The notes below the pieces were generated by a model that was not told where the DNA came from, ran no database searches, and saw only the letters and a program-made list of their open reading frames with translations. Shown here piece after piece: positions 56,935 through 64,000 of a stretch of DNA of 64,000 nucleotides. Both the position numbers and the translations under genes were made by a program. How positions within the stretch are numbered: the first letter of the stretch is position 1; every line of letters begins with the position of its first letter. The DNA is from Salinivirgaceae bacterium (GTDB lineage: Bacteria; Bacteroidota; Bacteroidia; Bacteroidales; SZUA-534): contig JAKSOL010000012.1 in the NCBI GenBank assembly GCA_024405635.1, positions 1 through 64,000 of the forward strand. Direction: 5' to 3'.

Positions 56935-59121
56935 TTATTTTAACCATTTATCAAGCCAACCAAAGAATGTGCGTTGCCATAAAATTCCATTTTGAGGTTT
57001 CAAAACCCAGTGGTTTTCATCGGGATAGAGTAGCAACTCGGCAGGAATGCCTTGCAAGCGAGCAGCGTTGAAGGCTCCAAAGCCTTGGTTGGCGTTTATG
57101 CGGTAATCTTTTTCGCCATGAATGCAAAGGATTGGAGTGTCCCATTTGTCAACAAATCGGTGTGGCGAGTTTTGGTAAGTGGTTTTAGCGCGGTTGGTAG
57201 CATCGGCGTTCCAATAAGCATTGTCGTATTCCCAATTTGAGAACCACGCTTCTTCGGTGTCGGTGTACATCGATTCGAGATTAAATGCGCCATCGTGCGA
57301 AATAAAGGCTTTGAATCGTTTTTCGTGGTGGCCAGCTAAGTAGTAAACCGAAAATCCTCCAAAACTTGCGCCAACACAGCCCAAACGATTTTTGTCAACG
57401 TATGGCAATTTGCAAGCGTCGTCAATGGCGGTTAGGTAGTCGCGCATGCAGTTGCCAGTCCAATCGCCCGATATGCACTCGTTCCATTCGCTGCCAAATC
57501 CTGGCAGGCCGCGGCGGTTTGGTGCAATAATAACGTAGTCGTTTGCGGCCATTATCTGGAAATTCCAACGGTAGCTCCAAAATTGCGATACGGGGCTTTG
57601 TGGTCCGCCTTCGCAGAATAGCAGTGTAGGGTATTTTTTGTTCTCGTCGAAGTTTGATGGCAAAATAACCCAGTAAAGCATGTCTTTTCCGTCAAACGAT
57701 TTGCACCACCGTTCTTCAACTTTACCAAACGACAGTTGGCATAAAATGTGGTCGTTTTCGCTGGTAATTTGTTCGGCTTTAGCAGTTTCGGCTTTTTTGC
57801 CTGTGGTAACTAAGTATAAATCCGATGGGGCCGACATTGAATGGCGTTCGGCTATAATGGTCTTTGCATCAACCATTTGTAGGCTTCCGTAGTCGTGTTG
57901 ACCTTTAGTTTGTTTTAGCACTTCGCCTTTAAGATTGGTGCGGTAAATTTGCGATGTGCCGTGCCAAACGGCTACAAAAAATAGCTCTTGTGAATTAGGC
58001 GACCAGCTAAACGCGTCAACGTTGGAGTCGAGATTTTCGGTAACGTATGTTTTTTCTTTTGTAAGCAAGTTATAGATGCACAAACGGTTGCGGTCTGATT
58101 CATAACCGTTGCGAGCCATGCTTTGCCAAGCAAGGTATTTGCCATCGGGCGAAAACTGAGGATTGGTGTCGTAGCCGGGATTGTTTTTTAGGTTTTCGGC
58201 ATTGTTAACTGCTTGGTTTGCCATGGTTTTTGTGGCATCAATGGCAGGTTCAACGTAGTTGGTTGGTTTGCATAGGTTTTGTGTTGTGCCGTTTTCGGTG
58301 TCGTACAAATAAATGTCGGTGTCGGTTGAAATGGCGTATGCCACACCAGTTTTTTTGCGCGATGTGTAGGCAATGTATCGCGAGTCGGAGCTCCAGTCAA
58401 TTTGTTCAATTCCGCCGAAAGGTTTCACTGGACATTCAAAAGGTTCGTTGTCCATAATGTCGGTTACGTTTGCAATGCCATTGTTGGTTACGTTTGCCAC
58501 AAAAGGGTGCGGAATGGTTTCAACATATTCGTCCCAATGGCGATAGTTGAGGTCGGTTATTACCAAACCAGTTGAAAGTGGCAAATCGTTGGGGCGAGGT
58601 TGTATGCTTTCGTGATAAGCTATTTGCTTTATTATTAGCACTTTTTGTCCGTTGGGCGAGAATTTGAACCCTTCAATACCTCCGTCTTCGTTGCTAAGTT
58701 GTTTGCGGTCGGTTCCGTCGGCATTCATGCTCCAAAGCTGTCCATCGCTAATAAACGCAATGCGTTGGCCGTTGTTTATCCAAGCTGGTTCAACCTCGCT
58801 TTTGTTGCTTGTGGTGAGTTGTTTTTTACTGGTTCCGTCAATATTCATTACGTACAGAATTTGATGGCCTTTGTTTTGCTCAACGCTGTAGTATCCAACC
58901 TGATACACAATTTGTTTGCCGTTTGGCGAAACTGCGTAATTTCCAATGCGTCCCATAGCCCAAAGTGCTTCGGGAGTCATTCGGTCTGTCTCAAGTTTAA
59001 TTTCGTTTCTGCCAATTATTGATGGCTCTTTTTGTTCGTTGTTTTGTGCTGCCATAGGAGAAATGTTTAATAATCCCAAAACGGCAACATTTATTGCTGC
59101 TTTGCCAAATAAACTATTCAT
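56935..59121 (-). CDS. S9 family serine peptidase (DPP5-like)
   Basis: Beta-propeller repeats, EGGPQS, GASFGG nucleophile, HGEKDYRI, YPDENHW. Confidence 0.92.
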   Translation of the reverse strand: MNSLFGKAAINVAVLGLLNISPMAAQNNEQKEPSIIGRNEIKLETDRMTPEALWAMGRIGNYAVSPNGKQIVYQVGYYSVEQNKGHQILYVMNIDGTSKKQLTTSNKSEVEPAWINNGQRIAFISDGQLWSMNADGTDRKQLSNEDGGIEGFKFSPNGQKVLIIKQIAYHESIQPRPNDLPLSTGLVITDLNYRHWDEYVETIPHPFVANVTNNGIANVTDIMDNEPFECPVKPFGGIEQIDWSSDSRYIAYTSRKKTGVAYAISTDTDIYLYDTENGTTQNLCKPTNYVEPAIDATKTMANQAVNNAENLKNNPGYDTNPQFSPDGKYLAWQSMARNGYESDRNRLCIYNLLTKEKTYVTENLDSNVDAFSWSPNSQELFFVAVWHGTSQIYRTNLKGEVLKQTKGQHDYGSLQMVDAKTIIAERHSMSAPSDLYLVTTGKKAETAKAEQITSENDHILCQLSFGKVEERWCKSFDGKDMLYWVILPSNFDENKKYPTLLFCEGGPQSPVSQFWSYRWNFQIMAANDYVIIAPNRRGLPGFGSEWNECISGDWTGNCMRDYLTAIDDACKLPYVDKNRLGCVGASFGGFSVYYLAGHHEKRFKAFISHDGAFNLESMYTDTEEAWFSNWEYDNAYWNADATNRAKTTYQNSPHRFVDKWDTPILCIHGEKDYRINANQGFGAFNAARLQGIPAELLLYPDENHWVLKPQNGILWQRTFFGWLDKWLK

Positions 59122-59260
59122 ATTCAAAATGTTAAATGTTATGCCTACTTGTGTTAGGCATCAATGGCTCAAAAATATGAAATTTGGTTGTTAGTTATAA
59201 TTCTAAGCTCAACGCATTGAATGGTTGTTTGAGCCTTCAGTGGTTTGCGCTAACAATTGT

Positions 59261-60502
59261 TTAGTTGAATTTTATAGCAGTTGCTGGGCTTATTTTCGAT
59301 GTGAGCAAGGTTGGCAATAACATTACGGCAAGAGTTATAACTATGGTGCCAATGTTGAGTATGGCCACGTGCCACAGTTGCAAATTGATTGGCACTTGGC
59401 TCATGTAGTACGAGGCTTCGTCGAGAGGAACAATTCCAAAGTATTTTTGCAACAAGCAAAGACCAATGCCAATTACATTTCCCCAAATCATGCCTTTGAT
59501 TATTAAGAAAAACGACTGTAAAACAAATATCTTTTGCACTTGCCAGTTGCTGTAGCCAAATGTTTTTAGTAAGCCAATTGTGTTTGTACGTTCAAGAATC
59601 AGAATAAGCAGTCCCGAAATCATATTAACGCAAGCCACTACAAGCATCAGTGCCAAAATAACCAACACGTTCATGTCTTGCAGGTTGAGCCAATCAAATA
59701 TCTGTGGATAGCGCTCGCGTATTTGGCTGATTTTAAGTATAGTTTTTTGCCCAAAGTTGTTGCCAATTGCAAAAAACACGCTGTCGTTAAGGTCGTAAAG
59801 TTGGTCAAAGTTGTTTATGGTTAGTTCCACTCCACTTATTTGGTCGTTGCTCCAACCGTTTAGTTTTTGCAAGTGGCGCATATCAACCAACGCAAAAACA
59901 TGGTCAAAATCTTCAATCGATGTTTTGTAAATGCCACTGATAATAAACGGGCGCATACGAGGCGGATCTTGCACAAAGTACACCGTTATTTTGTCGCCCA
60001 CGTTAAGGTTTAGCAAGTTGGCTATGTATTGCGAAATAACAATGCGGTTGCTTTTAACGCTATCGGTAATGGTAAAAATGCTGCCATCAACCAAGTTGCT
60101 TTGCATAAACGACCAATCAAATTGCTTGTCGATGCCTTTTAGCACCACAGCTTGAATTTCGTTTTCGGTTTTAATAATGCCCGATTTGGTTATGTATGGT
60201 TGTGCATGCTCAATTCCGTTTATGCGCATCACGCGGTCAAAATCAATGTCCGATGTGCTTATTGGCTTGGTCTCAAACGAGTTGTTAGCGTCAAAGTTCG
60301 ATATTTGAATGTGCGCACCAAATCCAGTTACCTTGCGGCTCACTTCGTTTTTAAAGCCGGTTACAATAGCCACACTCAAAATCATTACAGCCAAACCAAT
60401 TGCAATGCCTGCCACCGCAATTTTTACAATTGGAGCCGACATTCGCCGTGCGTTTTCTTTGCTGAAAGTAAAACGTTGTGCTATGAATAATTCTGGTTTC
60501 AA
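59261..60502 (-). CDS. LolC/E-type (FtsX-like) ABC transporter permease
   Basis: ELFIAQR start, VTGFKNE, ILERTNTIGLLK, SKISPATAIKF. Confidence 0.88.
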   Translation of the reverse strand: MKPELFIAQRFTFSKENARRMSAPIVKIAVAGIAIGLAVMILSVAIVTGFKNEVSRKVTGFGAHIQISNFDANNSFETKPISTSDIDFDRVMRINGIEHAQPYITKSGIIKTENEIQAVVLKGIDKQFDWSFMQSNLVDGSIFTITDSVKSNRIVISQYIANLLNLNVGDKITVYFVQDPPRMRPFIISGIYKTSIEDFDHVFALVDMRHLQKLNGWSNDQISGVELTINNFDQLYDLNDSVFFAIGNNFGQKTILKISQIRERYPQIFDWLNLQDMNVLVILALMLVVACVNMISGLLILILERTNTIGLLKTFGYSNWQVQKIFVLQSFFLIIKGMIWGNVIGIGLCLLQKYFGIVPLDEASYYMSQVPINLQLWHVAILNIGTIVITLAVMLLPTLLTSKISPATAIKFN

Positions 60503-60529
60503 CCCGTTGTTTCTTTTTGTGGCAAAACT

Positions 60530-60741
60530 AATGATTAGTGTTTAATGTTTAGTGATTAATGAGTAATGAACTTTAGCTTTTGGCCTTTAGCCATTGGCGA
60601 TAGAATGTTGAATCGTTTAATCGTTGATGCGTTGAACTGCCGACGTAAAACCAAAACATTTAGCTGCCAACGGCCAATGGTCAAGAGCCAACAACTTAAA
60701 ACTTAAAACCTAAAACGTAAAACTTAAAACTCAAAACCTTA
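60530..60741. repeat. Intergenic heptamer repeat arrays
   Basis: Seven tandem aacNNaa-type units at 60693-60741 (aacttaa, aacttaa, aacctaa, aacgtaa, aacttaa, aactcaa, aacctta), plus inverted heptad arrays (cattggc-type at about 60571-60598, gccaatg-type at about 60666-60692). Confidence 0.75.
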
Positions 60742-60773
60742 CCTTGCGCCAAATTTTAAAAAAACATACCGAA

Positions 60774-61964
60774 ATGAATTACATACTTTTTGACGATTCA
60801 ACTTGGGAGCAACTTCTTCCGCTAACCTTTACACGCCCAGTTTGCGAGGTGCGTGTTGGAATTTTAACCATTCGCGAAAAGTGGGAGAAATATCTTGAAA
60901 CAAAAGAACTATCGTTTTGCACCAAACCATATTTGCAAGCCAAGTTTCCAATGAATGTGGCTGCCGACAACATGTTTATTAATGGTTCGCTTATTCCTTC
61001 GGCTGAAATTTTGTCAGAACTCGATACTCTTGCCGATGGCGAGGCTTTGGCCGATGGCGAAGTGATTTATGCAGCGCGTTTAAATGCCGAAAAAGCACAA
61101 AACTTTAATCCTAACGATGTTAGTCAATTGAAAGTGCGTCAGGTAATTAGCGCAACCGACCGCATTGAGCATCTGTGGAATATTTTTCAATACAACGGCG
61201 AGATGCTTGAGCGCGATTTTCGCATCTTGACCAAAAACCGCAAATCGGAAAAATTGAGCGACACCAACCGCGTAATCGGTAATAATGACATATTTATTGA
61301 ACGTGGTGCGGTTGTTGAATGTGCAATTCTGAACACGAACGACGGCCCAATCTACATTGGTAAAAACAGCGAAGTGATGGAAGGGGCAATAATTCGTGGC
61401 CCATTTGCGCTTTGTACAAACTCGGTGGTTAAAATGGCTGCAAAGATTTACGGTCCAACCACCATTGGTCCAAACAGCAAAGTGGGAGGTGAACTTAACA
61501 ACGCAGTGTTTTTTGGCAACAGCAACAAAGCTCACGACGGTTTTATTGGCAATGCAGTGATTGGTGAATGGTGCAACCTTGGTGCCGACACCAACAACTC
61601 AAACCTAAAAAACAACTACGCCGAAGTTAAACAATGGAACTATGCAGCCGAAAAGTTCATTAAAACCGGTTTGCAATTCTGCGGATTGGTGATGGGCGAC
61701 CACAGCAAAGCTGGAATTAACACAATGTTTAACACCGGAACAGTAGTGGGTGTGGCTGCCAACGTGTTTGGCGGAGGATTCCCAAGCGTTTTCATTCCAT
61801 CGTTCTCGTGGGGTGGTGCCGCTGGGTTCGATGTTTGTTCTGTTAAAACAGCCTGCGACATTGCTGAGCGAGTTACCGCTCGCCGCCATGTTGAGTTTAC
61901 CGAAATTGACAAGAAAATGTTGGCCGACATTTTTGAAATGACTGCCAAGTATCGCCAATTTTAA
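60774..61964 (+). CDS. GlmU-family putative sugar nucleotidyltransferase/acyltransferase (Bacteroidetes type)
   Basis: LLPLTFTRPV...RVGILTIREKW, hexapeptide repeats, NKAHDGFIG, GADTNNSNLKNNY. Confidence 0.88.
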   Translation: MNYILFDDSTWEQLLPLTFTRPVCEVRVGILTIREKWEKYLETKELSFCTKPYLQAKFPMNVAADNMFINGSLIPSAEILSELDTLADGEALADGEVIYAARLNAEKAQNFNPNDVSQLKVRQVISATDRIEHLWNIFQYNGEMLERDFRILTKNRKSEKLSDTNRVIGNNDIFIERGAVVECAILNTNDGPIYIGKNSEVMEGAIIRGPFALCTNSVVKMAAKIYGPTTIGPNSKVGGELNNAVFFGNSNKAHDGFIGNAVIGEWCNLGADTNNSNLKNNYAEVKQWNYAAEKFIKTGLQFCGLVMGDHSKAGINTMFNTGTVVGVAANVFGGGFPSVFIPSFSWGGAAGFDVCSVKTACDIAERVTARRHVEFTEIDKKMLADIFEMTAKYRQF

Positions 61965-61974
61965 ACCTATCGGT

Positions 61975-64000
61975 ATGGATTTTGAAAAAGAACCAGAATT
62001 TGAAAAAATATTGAAGGACGTAGCCGAGTCGAGTGGTCAACTTGTTGCCATAAGCTCCGAACCCGATCTTAAGAACATTAACGAGTTTAAAGTGCCTGAG
62101 CAATTGCCCATTTTGCCTTTGCGCAACATGGTGCTTTTCCCTGGCGTGATTATACCTATTAGCGTTGGACGCGAAAAATCGCTAAAACTAGTGCGCGAGG
62201 CCTATAGCGGTGATAAAATAATTGGTATGGTGGCACAACGCGATTCGCGTGTCGAAAATCCTGAACCAACTGATTTGTACTCAATAGGTTGCGTGGCACA
62301 AATATTGAAAGTGCTTGAACTTGGCGATGGCACTACAACAATTATTGTGCAAGGCAAACGCAAGATAAAAATCGAAGAGTTTACACAATCGGAGCCGTAC
62401 TTTAATGCGCGCATCTCAATTATTGACGAGATAATGCCAACCGACGAGCAAGCAAGTGAGTTTGAAGCCATTGCCAGTTCGGTAAAAGACTTGAGCTCTA
62501 AGTCTATGAAAATGTCGGGACGTCTTCCTCGCGAGGTGCTCTTAACAATGCGCAACATTGAAAACCCATTCTTTCTTATAAGTTTTGTTTGTGCTAACAA
62601 CGAGTTAGAAACCGACGAAAAACAGCAATTGCTTGAAATGCCTGCCGTTTTTGACCGCAGCACCCGATTGCTTGAACTTATTGCTCGCGAATTGCAAAAA
62701 CTTGAACTGAAAGAAGATATTCAGCAACGCGTTAAATCCGACCTCGACAAACAGCAACGCGACTTTTTCCTAAACCAACAGATGAAAGCCATTCAGCAAG
62801 AATTGGGCGACAATCCGATTGAAAAGGAAATAGATGCGCTAAAAAAGAAAGCTGAATCAAAAAAATGGAACGACGACGTTGCTACCATTTTCAATCGCGA
62901 GCTTACCAAACTGAGTCACTATAATCCTTCAAGCCCCGATTATGCCATTCAACTCAATTATCTGCAAACGCTAATCGATTTGCCTTGGAACGAATTTTCG
63001 GCCGACCAGTTTGACCTTAAAGCCGCTCAGCAAATTCTTGACCGCGACCACTGCGGACTCGAAAAAGTGAAAGAGCGCATAATTGAACATTTGGCTGTGC
63101 TAAAACTTAAAGGCGACCTCAAATCGCCCATCATTTGTTTGTACGGCCCTCCGGGTGTTGGAAAAACATCGCTCGGAAAATCAATCGCCGAGGCTCTAGG
63201 CCGCAAATATGTGCGCATGTCGCTTGGTGGTGTTCACGACGAGTCGGAAATACGAGGCCATCGTCGCACTTACATTGGAGCCATGCCTGGCCGCATCATC
63301 CAAAACATCCGCAAAGCCAAGTCGGCTAACCCGGTTTTTATTCTCGACGAAATTGACAAGGTTACTGCCGATTATCATGGCGACCCATCAAGTGCGTTGC
63401 TTGAGGTGCTCGACCCTGAGCAAAATGTGGCTTTTCACGACAATTTCCTCGATGTGGATTTCGACCTATCGAACGTGATGTTTATTGCAACAGCTAACGA
63501 TATTTCAAACATCAGCGCTCCGTTGCGCGACCGTATGGAGATGATTGAAGTGCCAGGCTACATTCTTGAGGAAAAACTTGATATTGCTAGTCAACATCTT
63601 ATTCCACGTCAGCTTGAGGCTAACGGACTGAAAGATGCCCCAATAACTTTTAGCAACGACGCCATTGCAAACATTGTTGACAAATACACCCGCGAGTCGG
63701 GAGTGCGTCAGCTTGATAAAAACATTGCTGAGGTTGTACGCAAAATTGCAAAACGTGTAGCTTTTGACGAGCCAATGATTACCAATGTTGATTGTGCTGT
63801 GGTTACCGATTTGCTTGGCAAGCCAAAACGCAATCCCGATATGTACGAAGACAACTCAGTGCCAGGTGTAGTAACTGGTTTGGCTTGGACTCCAATGGGC
63901 GGCGACATTCTGTTTATTGAGGCTAGCACTAGTCAAGGTAAAGGAGCTTTGACGCTTACTGGTAATTTGGGAAATGTAATGAAAGAGTCGGCGCAATTGG
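61975..64000 (+). CDS. lon: ATP-dependent protease La (partial, runs off window)
   Basis: Not in the ORF track. From ATG at 61975: LPILPLRNMVLFPG, Walker A GPPGVGKTS (about 63145), GHRRTYIGAMPG, LDEIDK, ALLEVLDPEQN, GLAWTPMGG. Confidence 0.97.
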   Translation, partial: MDFEKEPEFEKILKDVAESSGQLVAISSEPDLKNINEFKVPEQLPILPLRNMVLFPGVIIPISVGREKSLKLVREAYSGDKIIGMVAQRDSRVENPEPTDLYSIGCVAQILKVLELGDGTTTIIVQGKRKIKIEEFTQSEPYFNARISIIDEIMPTDEQASEFEAIASSVKDLSSKSMKMSGRLPREVLLTMRNIENPFFLISFVCANNELETDEKQQLLEMPAVFDRSTRLLELIARELQKLELKEDIQQRVKSDLDKQQRDFFLNQQMKAIQQELGDNPIEKEIDALKKKAESKKWNDDVATIFNRELTKLSHYNPSSPDYAIQLNYLQTLIDLPWNEFSADQFDLKAAQQILDRDHCGLEKVKERIIEHLAVLKLKGDLKSPIICLYGPPGVGKTSLGKSIAEALGRKYVRMSLGGVHDESEIRGHRRTYIGAMPGRIIQNIRKAKSANPVFILDEIDKVTADYHGDPSSALLEVLDPEQNVAFHDNFLDVDFDLSNVMFIATANDISNISAPLRDRMEMIEVPGYILEEKLDIASQHLIPRQLEANGLKDAPITFSNDAIANIVDKYTRESGVRQLDKNIAEVVRKIAKRVAFDEPMITNVDCAVVTDLLGKPKRNPDMYEDNSVPGVVTGLAWTPMGGDILFIEASTSQGKGALTLTGNLGNVMKESAQL

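Noticed and set aside
9191-60741. Short tandem repeats as CRISPR arrays
   Set aside because: Units are 6-8 bp without unique spacers, and there are no cas genes.

Overview
Window from a Bacteroidales-type chromosome: TAnnTTTG promoters, a bamD-rpoZ-coaBC-DUF4835 cluster, grpE-dnaJ and argF'. The first ~10 kb (minus strand) is an accessory island that looks like a polymorphic toxin system. A 1290-aa Sec-exported protein carries a TANFOR-like N-terminus, FN3-like repeats, an HExxH zincin with an NLMDY Met-turn, a fixed 'DESEGE' junction, and then a Zn-phospholipase C/S1-P1-like tip. Two further cassettes repeat the zincin-DESEGE module but end in unrelated AT-rich tips (a papain/C39-like Cys-His-Asp domain and a DUF5675-like domain). 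The first two tips are each followed by a small candidate immunity gene; the third runs off the window edge and is missing from the ORF track. A structured non-coding element sits at one cassette boundary, and a degenerate IS3-family element bounds the island. The remainder is mostly housekeeping: a YtrA/GntR-ABC operon, a circularly permuted ATP-grasp/alpha-E/transglutaminase operon with an active plus inactive M14 peptidase pair, tsaB, pyrC, tRNA-His, tRNA-Lys, two tonB, SGNH+MBOAT, GH115, purT, a FadL-like porin with a homopolymer frameshift, an S9 peptidase and lon (partial). All family assignments are from motif recognition by eye; no database searches were run.
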